Both the position numbers and the translations under genes were made by a program. DNA of 63,109 nt, filler included, from Globobulimina sp. (Eukaryota): the NCBI GenBank assembly GCA_003354225.1. It is 46 parts of 46 records of this genome, joined end to end, with 100 filler letters (N's around TTAATTAATTAA, not from the genome) between each part and the next. Parts side by side here need not be neighbours in the genome. Positions count along the whole stretch, not along the records: positions 34,364 to 35,637 come from PIVH01019638.1; positions 35,738 to 37,011 come from PIVH01019639.1; positions 37,112 to 38,385 come from PIVH01019640.1; positions 38,486 to 39,759 come from PIVH01019641.1; positions 39,860 to 41,133 come from PIVH01019642.1; positions 41,234 to 42,507 come from PIVH01019643.1; positions 42,608 to 43,881 come from PIVH01019644.1; positions 43,982 to 45,255 come from PIVH01019645.1; 38 more parts are not named here. The stretch is one strand, 5' to 3'. Positions 34,601-47,017 of the stretch are shown here, piece after piece. The stretch's first letter is position 1; every line of letters begins with the position of its first letter. The notes under the pieces were generated by a model. The model searched no databases. It saw nothing but the letters and a program-made list of their open reading frames with translations, and was not told the origin of the DNA.

Positions 34601-35637
34601 ATGTCCAAGGAACGCAAATCTTTGTTGAAAAAGTTGTATTACAATCTGAACAACAGCGGTTCCTTTAGTGGGATCGGTTCTCTGTACTTGAGCGCCAAGA
34701 AGATAGACAATAAAATAACTAAGGAATTTGTGAAAAAGTGGTTACAAAATCAGAACGTTTATTTGAGACACAAGAGGGATCGAAAACCTAAGGGCAAAGC
34801 TCGTCGATACAACAAGTGGATAGTTAGCAACAAAAATTTGGATTTCGCTTGCGACACAGCACACTTTCCCCGTTCGAAATTGCCATATCTGTTGGTGTGT
34901 CGCGACAGCTTTAGCAATAAATTGTTGGCGCGTCAGCAGCGCGGTTTGAAAGCCGAAACGACTAAAAAGAACTTTCAAAAACTTAACGAGGAACAAAACG
35001 AGTCGATCTATCCACACACGGTTTACACAGATAGGTAAGATTTGTGTTACGGCGCCGGCAACGCTTCTTGTCGCATGGATTAGTCTCTACTTTTTCTATA
35101 GGGCGTCGAATCTATATTTGCGAAGTTTCAAATTTAAAAATCAGCAACGGTTAAAAGGGGCTGCAAACGTCGCGAACTGTCCCATCGTTTTATTAAAATT
35201 TATTTATTTCAGAGGAAACGAATTCAAACTGTTCAAGTCTTTACCGATCGGCGAACATCAGACAACAGAAAATCCCGACCAAAAGAGCTTCTTGGCCGAA
35301 AAGTCTATAGCCACGATTAGAGGCAAATTGAACCGTTACTCGACCTATCTCAACAGAAAACCAGACCTGTCTGAAGCGCTGTCACAAATCGTGGACAGCG
35401 TCAACTCCACCCCCTCGATATTGACTGATTTGGCCCCTACTGAAAGCGGACGACCGGAGAACGCCGGACTCGTTTACCGAAAAAAATATTCCAAATTTTT
35501 TGATCAAAAAACCAAGGACCTTAATCGACCCCTATTTCCCGTTTCCACCTTTGTGAGAATTAGTATTCCGGACAAAAACAGTTTTTTGAAAAGAAGCAAG
35601 CCGGGATTCAGTCAAGAAACATTCATTGTATCCGAAA
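34601..35637 (+). mobile_element. Polinton/Maverick-type retroviral-like (rve) integrase with an intron at 35035-35212, 3' partial
   Basis: LYY...GSFSG...VKKWLQNQNVY; DDE residues in FACD, TDR|GNEF and LAEKS; C-terminal FVRIS...FSQETFIV. Confidence 0.85.
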
Positions 35638-35737
35638 NNNNNNNNNNNNNNNNNNNNNNNNNNNNNNNNNNNNNNNNNNNNTTAATTAATTAANNNNNNN
35701 NNNNNNNNNNNNNNNNNNNNNNNNNNNNNNNNNNNNN

Positions 35738-37010
35738 TTGGAATATTAACTAATGGTTTTATTTCAGTTGTTAATTTTTCTCCCATTATATTTAAACGAT
35801 TATCTAATTCTTCTAATATTTCTGATTTATCTTCTGGTTTAATATTATCAATTTCAGTTTGTAATTCATTAATTAATTGTCCTCTATCAATTACGACTTC
35901 AAATTGTTCTTCAATTTCAATTGGTGCTACAATATCATCTAATAATTTTTTCATTTGTCTTTGGTATTTTCCTTTAATACAATGATATATAATAACTAAG
36001 ATTATTGTATTTCCTAAAATCCATAGTAATAACATTAAATCCCATTGTGAATAATTTCCAAACTTTAAATAAGCAGCATAAATAGTGCAACCCAACATGA
36101 ATGAGTTCCAAGTAACAGTTGGGATTGAATCTACAATTTTAAAAGATTTTATTAAACGATTACCAGTTCCCCAATTTGTTACGTTAATAGTTAAACCAGC
36201 CCATATTTTTAATGGAAATAAAAAAAAGAAATATACCCAACTATATAATGGGAAGACAATAAAACTTAAATCTCGTGATATTATTACAGCATATAATGTT
36301 CTAATATATGAAAAAGTAAATATAGAAGCAAATAATGCTAGAATATATGAAATATCAAATTGTAAAAATATTGTAACAATTAAAAATATAACATATAATG
36401 CTACAAAGAATGTAAATGTTAATTCAAACGCAAGCCAGAATGTTTTAAATGAAAATGAATTTACATTGTAGAAATATTCTCTAATAAAACTTTTACACCA
36501 TCTATTTTGTTGAGAAATAAATCTTTGAACTGTTGTTGGTGTATCTGTATAACATTTTGCTTTATCATTATAATAAATTTTACCTTTTCTCATTAATACT
36601 AGATTTGTTAAATGTCTATCATCACCAAAAGTACATTCTTTTCCAAATAATGTTTGTCCAATCCATACATCAACGATTTGTCTAATCATACTTGAACTAT
36701 ATAAACCAAAAGGACCAGGAACACAACTGACTGTTCCAAAATATGATTGTGCGTTTCTTTCCATATTGAATGCAAACCAAAACTTAAGTGATATTAAATA
36801 TGATAATAAATTATCAGGATTATAAATACGAACATCACCAGTAACTGCTGTTGCGTCAGTATTAGCATGTGTTTTAGCAAGGATTTCAATAGCATCTTGT
36901 GCGAAAATACAGTCACTATCTACTAACATTATCAAATCACATCCTAAAATTTTATTACTTAATGTTTTTAATTGAGTATGCATAGCATGTCTTTTTCCAC
37001 CATGAGGTTG
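35738..37010 (-). CDS. Class I hyaluronan synthase-like GT2 glycosyltransferase, partial at both ends
   Basis: GGKRHAM, VDSD, AFNMERNAQSYFG, CVPGPFGLY, CTFGDDRHLTN, QQNRWCKS, WGT. Confidence 0.88.
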
Positions 37011-37111
37011 TNNNNNNNNNNNNNNNNNNNNNNNNNNNNNNNNNNNNNNNNNNNNTTAATTAATTAANNNNNNNNNNNNNNNNNNNNNNNNNNNNNNNNN
37101 NNNNNNNNNNN

Positions 37112-38385
37112 AATGTTATAACATTTATGCCTCGGAAAAATATGGTCGGTAATGGGCAAATTGTTATATCCGTTACAGATGAAGGAAACACTGGAACCGG
37201 TCAACAGCACTCAACTGCGTCAATTACAATAAATATAACCATCACACAAATTTATGAAATACCTTATTTAATAACGCCAATTGGGACAATACAAATTACT
37301 GAAGATTCAAGTTTTAATTTTGAAGAAATAAATTGCAGCATAACTACTGATGTCGATCCTCAATACATATGGCTACAATTAACTATTTCTGCTATCTATG
37401 GCAATTTGTCATTTATCGGAGATACATCAGGAATCGATATTAATTATGGATTACATTCAATTATCATCAATGACACAGCGCAACTCTTATCAACTTACTT
37501 CAAAAATGTTAAAAATACTCTTTTTATGTTCGTTAACGTTTCTACTTTCTATATACAGATAACATATGATGCAGTGGAGAATTTTAATGAAGAATCAAAC
37601 GACTTGGAAAGTATATATTTATCATTATTGGATCACAAAAATTTAACGCAGACAACGCAATTTAACATTGAAGTTGAATCAGTAAATGATGCACCGAGTG
37701 TTGATCTGAACATAACATCATTTCAAACAGATGAAGATACTGCAAAAAGAATGAATATTATTATTGACGATATTGATTTTGATATAATATATAATGCTAA
37801 ATTTACAGTAATATTAAAAGTATTTCATGGAACATTATCATTAAATCATCGTAAAGGATTACATTTTTTTGATGGCTCTTCATGGCAGTTATCTGCGATG
37901 GTTCATTTCAGGGCATCTAAGAAAAATGCAAAAATTGCGTTAAATACAATTACGTATATTCCAGCATTAAATTATTTTGGCAATGATACGATACAAATTT
38001 TAGTAAATGATGAAGGAAATTATGGGAAATACGGAGGTATACAATGGACAAATACAACCATTCCAATTGTTGTGAATGAAGCAAATGGCAATGATTTAGT
38101 ACCAATCATAAATGGGTTTGTCGCAGTAATTAAATGTTATGAAGATATAGAATGTTACATGAATAATGTTAGTATTAATATAGCAAACATTGATAAAATA
38201 AGTAACACAAATTTTACAGTTGAAATATCAGTAACTGACGATATGGGATACATTTCATTAAATCCATCCAATCAATATAATGGTATTCACTTTATTGTTG
38301 GTAATGGTACTATGGATGCAATAGTTATATTTACAGGTAATTATACCAATATTAATGCAGTGTTTTATAATTTTTCATTTTTATC
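37112..38385 (+). CDS. Cadherin-like/Ig-like tandem repeat surface protein fragment (probable stop-free intron 37508-37558)
   Basis: VNDAP, TDEDT, ITYIPALNYFGNDTIQILVNDEGN and VTDEGNTG repeats. Confidence 0.65.
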
Positions 38386-38485
38386 NNNNNNNNNNNNNNN
38401 NNNNNNNNNNNNNNNNNNNNNNNNNNNNNTTAATTAATTAANNNNNNNNNNNNNNNNNNNNNNNNNNNNNNNNNNNNNNNNNNNN

Positions 38486-39581
38486 GCGCCAAACGCGTCA
38501 AATATTCATAGTGAATGTACGACGGCGACATCAATAAATGGATGATTTTTTTGTGGATGATGAACTCTGCGAATTTCTGCCGCAATGTGTTGGCGTTCAG
38601 ATTCGCTCGGTTTTGACTCTGGTGTTTTCCTTTGGTGCTCCATTCGTTGTTGTTTTTGTATTTGTTGTCCTCACAGCGGGCAGCTTCGAATATGATTTTT
38701 ATCAAAGACAGCGACTGCACTCTGCGTGCTTTCTTATTGCAAGTCAATAATTTCAGGCAAAATTCTAATTTGATGCTCAACAGCAACTGTTTTTGGAGGC
38801 TGTTATCCCGATTTGGTTTGTAAATGAATTCTTGGAACAGATCGGATAACAAAGTGAATAGATTGGTGAAATAGGTCAAATCGTCGCTGTTCTGGTTGAA
38901 ATTGACGGCTTCGTCCATGCCGTGGATGTCCAAATTGTGCACGTAATCCCTGACCAGACTCTGTATTTTGGCGCCGTGATTGCCGTAATAATTAGCAAAG
39001 GCGTCTTGCGAGGCATACTTTGCAATGTGGTACAATATGAAGAGTACGGCAGAGAGGTTGAACAGGCCGAGTTTATTGTGGTTGATCTGATGGATGAAAA
39101 AGTGAATGTGGCTAAAAAAGAGGTCGATGACACTCAATTGGCAGTCGTTGATTTTGTGCGCGTAACGGACATGTTTGTGACTGTGGAGGTTGCTGCTTTG
39201 TGCGTTGTTGGAGTGGCTGTGGTGAATGTGCGCGAATATGAAACATTGATATTGTTCCGAGGCGAAGCCTAATAAGGCAGTTAAACAAAATAATAGCGGC
39301 TGGTAATAGTTGTGTGGGTATTTGTGCAGGAATTGGATGATCAGTTTACTACATTTGAGGTACAAGTCGGTGAATTGTTGGTATTGATGGCTTTCTGGCT
39401 CAAAGGAGAGTAAATAGAATTTGATATCATGGCGGAGTTGGCGATTGATGTAAGTACAAGTGTCGTTGTTGTGGTGGGAATTAGTTAAATGGGTTTCTAG
39501 TTTTTTGTAATAATGGTGGACATCTTGGATGGAGGCTCTCTTGCGAGAACTTCCTCGCGTTGCAGTGGAGGAATAAGACAT
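38486..39581 (-). CDS. Helical protein resembling the USP9/USP24/USP34 N-terminal region, 3' partial
   Basis: KLEFCLKLL...RRVQSLSLI...IIHLL...HYEYLTR; weak recognition. Confidence 0.4.
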
Positions 39582-39859
39582 TATTTGTAATCAGTAAACT
39601 GAAAACAAAGACATTGTTTTAAGAGATGCACGTCATTGTGAGTGAATAAAAAAATGTTTACTATTGTAGTGTAACTCATCCCTCACAGGGTTGTTCAAGC
39701 AATCTGTGAGTCTGGAATCGGACTTACGTCCCGATTGAATTTCGTACCACTACTACTAANNNNNNNNNNNNNNNNNNNNNNNNNNNNNNNNNNNNNNNNN
39801 NNNTTAATTAATTAANNNNNNNNNNNNNNNNNNNNNNNNNNNNNNNNNNNNNNNNNNNN

Positions 39860-40463
39860 TTGCATCAAATATATGTTCATCTGTCAATAACTCCTCTTCT
39901 TTTTGCATTACTGTCGGAAATTGAGTTTGTATCAACGAATCCAAAGTACAGCTCAGCAGTTTGGAGATAATAAAATGTTTCGCAGCATCGCTTATTGGTA
40001 TTTTATGATTTATGAATTCTTGTAAAAGGTATTTATTCGGAAAAACTATTCTCCACAATTTATTAAAACTAAAATCATCACACTTTTTGTCTTTCATCCA
40101 AATAATAGGCGGTAGTAATTCGGCCAAAACTACTGCGACGTCGACAGGATTTGGAGAGAATGGAGTACCAAAACGTAATGGTGTGCTACTTTCGACTGGT
40201 GATCGGACAACACTTCGTGGCGATTTTGGTGATACCGGCGATTTTGGTGATACCGGGGCATCAAAAGATGGAATAGTAACATCTTGTATGTCAGGTAATA
40301 ACTTCGAAACCATAGATTCACATCTTTTCGTAATTGAAATTGATTTATCATTAACAATCTGCTCATATTTCGGCAACATGCAAATTGTGGTGGTGATCAA
40401 CAGATTTATCCAGAGATACATTACAATGAAGTTTCTTTTCATTTTATTGACTATTGAAAACAT
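39860..40463 (-). CDS. Hypothetical protein with SPK/SPV repeats, 3' partial
   Basis: PVSPKSPVSPKSPR; 18-bp tandem duplication near 40219-40257. Confidence 0.4.
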
Positions 40464-40663
40464 AGATTTTTAAAATTTTGTTGCACGCGTCCGTGTTATT
40501 GCGAATGTCCGATGTTTACATTTAAAGCAAAATATTGCCGCTGCATCATAAATATATAAAAGTGATTTATACGTCAAGCTAAGCTGTTTGTTGATAAGAC
40601 GCAAATGTTTGTTTTCTAGCACCTAGAATTACTAAACATAAATCACAACATACAAAAATGAAA

Positions 40664-41030
40664 TCAGTCACGTATTAATTGAGAATCGCTGTCTGGTTCA
40701 TGATCTTCAGCAATATCCTGACATCTTTTAATCTTAATATTTTTTAACTTAACACCTGTATTATTCTTTGCTTTACAACATTTACAACAAACATTAGCAC
40801 AAAATGATCTATTTACTGCCATCATAAAATAAGCACAACTGCAATTAATCAAAGGGTCCGCCATACACGAGGCCCAAACCGCATTTTCAAATATTATGAC
40901 TGCTCCAAATGTTAAGAATTAACAAATTGTCGCAATCATTGATAGGATGGTGTTCCATCTCATTACTATTAATAGTCTTTTTGTTTTAGCTGCGCTTTGC
41001 GATTACTCATTGTTTTTTTAATTAAATTGT
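40664..41030 (-). pseudogene. C-terminus of a membrane (7TM-like) protein with an in-frame TAA
   Basis: WNTILSMIATIC*FLTFGAVIIF...ADPLINCSCAYFMM...CCKCC; TAA at 40919-40921. Confidence 0.4.
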
Positions 41031-42670
41031 TAATGAAGTATTCAAATTTGTTAATAAAAAGACAAATCGCTCGTAGTCATAAGTTGGGATTTAGATCAAT
41101 TGTGGTAATGATTAACATATCGTTGGAAAGCTANNNNNNNNNNNNNNNNNNNNNNNNNNNNNNNNNNNNNNNNNNNNTTAATTAATTAANNNNNNNNNNN
41201 NNNNNNNNNNNNNNNNNNNNNNNNNNNNNNNNNTTAGACGAAATTCATTAATGAGATTCATATTTAGGATCGCCAATCTAAAAGACAAGTGTAGACATTG
41301 GAGACATGAAATGTAACGGTCTCGAAAATCACTTAGTTGGCCAAAGTCAATTGCAATTTATTGCAATTTAGACCTGAGTTGTGGGCTTTTAACGCAAGCT
41401 TATTTAGGACAACAATATGGATCACAGACAAGTCTCGAGTTATTGCAATTTATTGCAAATTTATATTGCGCAATATCACAGTTGTGAAAAACAGCGTAAT
41501 TTGACCATCTACTTTGAAGTACTTTTGAACATACTAGCAACACAGTTGTGAAGTTTTCCAAATGCTCAGAACTTCAATTTTTTCTTTTTATTGCGTAGAA
41601 TAATGACCAATCGCCTAACGACGCCATAAACCAGTCCTCCTATCATGTAGCAACTCATTCCACCGATTATCGCGCTACTTGACAAGGCCAAAGTGAACAG
41701 GTATACAAAGCCGGATATACACTATCAGATATGTTTCCCAATTGCAATGATGTATAATTTAAGTACAGTACATCGATTGATTAAACAATGTTGGAATAAT
41801 GGACAATGTTTTATGTTGATTGCATGCTATAGACAGAAAACCAATATGATTTCGTGTGAGCCAGAACAAGAGTCACAAATTGGAATCATGCACGTGGAAT
41901 CATGCGAGTATAAATCGGTTATTTTTCCATCACACCCCAACAATACCAAGTAATTGGTGCTCATACATGAAGGTGAATATGTTCGTGTCGACTTGGTGTA
42001 AGTTGGTGATATCCCAATGACTTCCAATGATTTAAATTGTTTCCAAATGATTTCCAAATGATTCAAACATAAAAATCTTGCAAGGAAGGACTATCAATGG
42101 ATAACGAACAGTGTAAATAATGAAATTAAGGTATAAATATGGTTTATGCAAAATCTGTTTCTATCCAGCACTGCTGTTTGCATGCATAGAACCGTGAAAA
42201 GAACAGGTTTAGTTGCTTTAAAAATAACTTTAAACCCCCTGATTATTTTGTTTATTTTTTCATGTTTGATGCTTCATTTTTTTGTGTTTTTTAATTGTAC
42301 ATGTCTGTATTTGTGTTTGTTGTTATCCATTTAATATCATATACAAATGGAAACGGCAATAAATAATGATTGACCTTGTCATTATCCGATGTTCAAATAT
42401 AAACCTGAAATTATGCTGTTTTTCACAACTGTGGCAATGCGTAAATGCGTTTATAGGACAAAAATTGTCAAAAAAATGGAAATGTCAAATATTATGTCAT
42501 GAATCGANNNNNNNNNNNNNNNNNNNNNNNNNNNNNNNNNNNNNNNNNNNNTTAATTAATTAANNNNNNNNNNNNNNNNNNNNNNNNNNNNNNNNNNNNN
42601 NNNNNNNCCAGAACAAAGTGTAAAAGATTATTTAAAGAAATCATATTAATCAAGAAAATCTCAAAATGAA

Positions 42671-43639
42671 ATGAAATATGATGACACAAAAAATGTGACA
42701 ATAATTGTTGATCAGAAGAGACCGCATTTGCATAAAATAGAAAAAGAATTAGGTTTTGTAATTAATAATTTGTATTCGGCATTAAATGACTGTGACGATG
42801 GTGACAGAATATTTATACATAACGGACATTATACATTGAATGATTTGAATCAAGGTACAGATATTGGCAATATTCAATTGATTGGGATTGGAGATGATGT
42901 TGTATTGGAAATCGATGATTTACATTTGCAGATATTTGGTAAAACTACAACGTACATTGAAAATGTTACATTAAAATATTTAAATTCTGCAGCTGATGAT
43001 TTTGATTCAATTAATGTATTATTTCTCGCCGCCAATAGTAAATTATGTATGAAGAATTGCGTTGTGGTTATAGATAAACAGTGGAATGGGATTAATGTGC
43101 GGAATGGGTCAGATTTAACTGTTGATAATTGTACATTTGTTGGGGGCTGCTATAGTATTGCAATAAACGCATTTGCGGGAGATGTTAGAATATCAAATTG
43201 TGTGTTTAAAAATACTGGGAAGGATCTATCACCATATCTCGAGGAGAGGAGAGGTGAGATGTTTGCAGCCATATGTGTGGATTCTTGGAGGGTTGAAGCA
43301 GACCTGGAACCGGCTGAACGTCAACAGTTTGTTAATTTACAATGCATTGGAAATGTATTTGAAAATATTTCCTCTGATTGTTATCCATTTGTGGAGATAT
43401 CTGAAGAAAAGGGAGGTTATCTTCAACAAAATCCACCGGTATTAGGCAATAATCGGTTGAAATGTTTTACCCTGTTTGATCCGAATAAATTGTACCATTA
43501 TAAAGAAAGTTTGTATAGCCGACCAAGCCCTTCTTATTCCCCACGAAGCCCTACGTATTCCCCGACAACCCCTACGTATTCCATACGAAGCCCTACGTAT
43601 TCCCCAACAAGCCCTCGTTATCCTTCTTTCTTAAACTAA
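42671..43639 (+). CDS. Right-handed beta-helix (pectin lyase-like) protein with C-terminal YSPTSP-like heptads
   Basis: ALNDCDDGDRIFIHNGHY, IQLIGIG, repeated xNC.F strands; tail YSRPSPS-YSPRSPT-YSPTTPT-YSIRSPT-YSPTSPR. Confidence 0.75.
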   Translation: MKYDDTKNVTIIVDQKRPHLHKIEKELGFVINNLYSALNDCDDGDRIFIHNGHYTLNDLNQGTDIGNIQLIGIGDDVVLEIDDLHLQIFGKTTTYIENVTLKYLNSAADDFDSINVLFLAANSKLCMKNCVVVIDKQWNGINVRNGSDLTVDNCTFVGGCYSIAINAFAGDVRISNCVFKNTGKDLSPYLEERRGEMFAAICVDSWRVEADLEPAERQQFVNLQCIGNVFENISSDCYPFVEISEEKGGYLQQNPPVLGNNRLKCFTLFDPNKLYHYKESLYSRPSPSYSPRSPTYSPTTPTYSIRSPTYSPTSPRYPSFLN

Positions 43640-43981
43640 CATGAATATTATATTTATTTATATATATATTTCAACTTATATTTATGCGATTACTTTCAAT
43701 AATTAATATTATTTTTGAATATACTTTTTTTCAATAATTTTTGATGTATTTGAATATACTTTTGTTGCTTTTATTACTTTTATTGCTTTCGTTGCTTTTG
43801 TTGCTTTTATTACTTTTATGCTACTGATTTCAAAATGATATGTACCCTTTGATTGACTAGACTAAGTTTTTTAAATATAGGNNNNNNNNNNNNNNNNNNN
43901 NNNNNNNNNNNNNNNNNNNNNNNNNTTAATTAATTAANNNNNNNNNNNNNNNNNNNNNNNNNNNNNNNNNNNNNNNNNNNN

Positions 43982-44561
43982 GTTGGGAGTCGACACTGAA
44001 CTCAATCACATACGTAAAATATGCAGCAATTCCAATATATAAAAGTAAAATGACTTTTAAACGAACATTGGTTGCATTTAGTCTTTTCTTTGAATAATTT
44101 ATTATATCAATATCATAGGAATAAAATCTATTGATATTATTCCATGGATAATCAAATATTTTGGTAAAATAATAAAATGAAACACATTTATTGATTGTAT
44201 AGGTGAAATATGTCAATACAGTCATAATAAAAAACATTACAGTCTCTACATTTTTGTTATATTTAACTTGTTTGTAAGTCACAGCAATCCAATAAATTAA
44301 GGAAACCACAACAGTTAGAATACCAATGACATTTACAACACAGTTACGACATTTATTGAAGGGAGTATGTGTGACCCACAGTGCTGACCACATTATCACT
44401 GTATTTAACCAGCGAAATTCATCAGAAAATAATGTCGCGTACTTGTTAAATGGCGAGGATGCGAATGAAGCATTTGACGAAGGGCTGAGAAGAGAGTTCT
44501 CGAGCGTGTTGATAGCATAATCTGTCACTTTTATATTTTTGTCTGTGCCATTGGTAATCAT
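43982..44561 (-). CDS. Hypothetical multi-pass membrane protein, 3' partial
   Basis: Three or more hydrophobic segments. Confidence 0.45.
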
Positions 44562-44614
44562 AACTGTTTTCCAAAATAAATTTATTTTCTCTACTCTGAC
44601 TCAGGGTGTTCATC

Positions 44615-45255
44615 ATGCGTCCATCACATAACATGGATGATATATCATATTTTGATGAATTACCACATTTATTAAATCCAACAACATCAAACGATATGGA
44701 TTTTGATACATATGCACTCCCTATGTTTGATCCAAATAATTATTCACCAGATTTTCAATTTGGAATAAATAATAACACTGTTTATAACTCACCAATTTAT
44801 GATTTAAATAACAACACAAATAATAGCACATTATTAACTTTGCCTCAATTATCACCACCGCCATTACCACCCATTCATTGTACCGCAAATTCGCAAACAC
44901 AAATTAATTTACAATCTCACGTTCAGACTCCGTCAGAATCACAACAACGTGATGATATTTTTAATTTAAATCGATATTATTCATCATTACGTTTGGTGGA
45001 TTTTAATAATACTAATTATTATCAACAACCACCACATGCACCGCATGCATTTCTTTATAATATTCAAAACATTGATGACCAATTTAATTCTAATTCTAAT
45101 CAACAAATTCCATTTCATAAATCGCGTTTTTATATCGATCCAGAAACACAAATGACGCCAAAAACAGACGGAAAAACCGTAAAAACAGAACAAAGAGTAA
45201 AACGCAAACAAACCACAAAAAAGACAAAGACAAAAAAACGAAAACGGAAAAGAAA
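44615..45255 (+). CDS. Low-complexity N/P/Q-rich protein with NLS-like basic stretch, 3' partial
   Basis: KKTKTKKRKRKR at the contig edge. Confidence 0.45.
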
Positions 45256-45780
45256 NNNNNNNNNNNNNNNNNNNNNNNNNNNNNNNNNNNNNNNNNNNNT
45301 TAATTAATTAANNNNNNNNNNNNNNNNNNNNNNNNNNNNNNNNNNNNNNNNNNNNATGAATTTGGAAAATAATTGTGATAATTTACAGGTTGAAATATTA
45401 AATTATTATCAAAGTTATCTTAAACTGAATGTAATACAAACACGAAAGTATATTGCAAATATTAACTAATGTGACAATTACCATTTCAGTGTTTTTTTTA
45501 GTTAGAAAATCTCTTTTTTTTTTTCCCAACATTTTTTCTCTCATAATCCCGACGCCAGTGCAAGACTAATGGTATGCACAAAATCCACCACATCCACTTC
45601 AAACACAACACAACATCAACACAACCAAACACACAGCAAGTTAAGCTTCAAAATAACCATTTTGTATAACCTCACAACGACAAAATGACGCACTTTCGCC
45701 AACAAACAAATACACCCTGTATTTAACGCTACGACGTCGCTTAGAACAAAGACGTTGATTTAGATGCATGGGGTATTTCT

Positions 45781-46629
45781 ATGGATGTTGATTTAAACAA
45801 ATCACAAAAACCTATAAAATCCCATTACAAATCACAAAAATCACAAAAAAAACCATACAAATCATCCACATCCACCTCCTCTGCCTCCAGAAACACCCAA
45901 ATACAAATCACCTGTCCATCCAATCGCAAATCCACTAAAAACGCACACAGCCACAACCACAGACCACCGGCCACCACACACACCATCACCAATGGCGGCA
46001 AATCCATCTACAAACCAGCCATAGATCGCCGTTTTGAATGGTTGTCACATTACAACAGTTCGCATGTCCTCAACAAACCAGAAATTGATGCCATCCTTGC
46101 ACACAAATCCCTGAATCACGCCCAACGCGACATCGCCAACCAACGCATAAATAACTTGTTACTTTACATCAATTGCCCAGAAACGCGCAAATGGGCTGGT
46201 TTGTGTAAGTACGACATGGTGGATCGCATCGAAAACGTGATCCAATCCTTGCAATCCCATAAAAAAACCATTAATAACGAAATGTTGGACCTATTTCGCA
46301 TCAAATCGCCCGGCGATGAGAGGGCGCAGCGGCGCAGTTTGTGCGTGAAAGCCATCAAATGTATGGTTCCATTGCTGGCCTATTACCATTCATTGGTGAA
46401 ACAAATCCGTCAACGAAACAGGAAACAGAACGAGAGGGACAACAAAAACAAAGCCTTCAAACCGCAATCAAACGCAAACCACCACCGACGTAACGATAAC
46501 AGTAATTGGTGGTCGTTCGGTAAGTCTGCGGATAAATGGAACAAAGCGTTGAATCCCGAGTTTTCGACCTTGTTTCGGGGCCATTTACTGGATGAAAACG
46601 ACTATAATCAATATGTCAACGTATTGCAT
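45781..46629 (+). CDS. Hypothetical basic protein, 3' partial
   Basis: ORF of over 280 aa open to the contig edge. Confidence 0.4.
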
Positions 46630-46981
46630 NNNNNNNNNNNNNNNNNNNNNNNNNNNNNNNNNNNNNNNNNNNNTTAATTAATTAANNNNNNNNNNNNNNN
46701 NNNNNNNNNNNNNNNNNNNNNNNNNNNNNAAAATTTAAACGTTTTTTTGTACGTTTTTTTGAAATACTATACTATTTTTGTATTTTTATTAATTATTATC
46801 CACTATATGGATAGGTTATCCGTTATTAATGGATAGAATATTGGATATGTTATCCGTTTTTTACTGTTTTTATGCATTTTTGGTGGGTTTTCTTTAATTT
46901 TTGGTGGGTTTTTTGCTTTTTTTTGCCTGCGGCGCTTGTTTCTTGCTAATTCTGTTAGAATATTCCTTTACCTGATTTCTT

Positions 46982-46989
46982 AAAATTGA
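46982..46989 (+). promoter_or_regulatory. AAAATTGA, Mimiviridae-type early promoter motif
   Basis: 28 nt upstream of ATG 47018; context TTTCTTAAAATTGATT identical to the second copy. Confidence 0.6.
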
Positions 46990-47017
46990 TTATAATTACT
47001 TATAATATAGAGCAGTT

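Noticed and set aside
2782-40921. Genome-wide stop-codon reassignment
   Set aside because: Only two isolated internal stops (one TAG, one TAA); TAA ends the histones at expected positions and long conserved ORFs contain no internal stops
41234-42507. Short ORFs and duplicated TTGCAATTTATTGCAA
   Set aside because: No recognisable family; likely non-coding or decayed sequence
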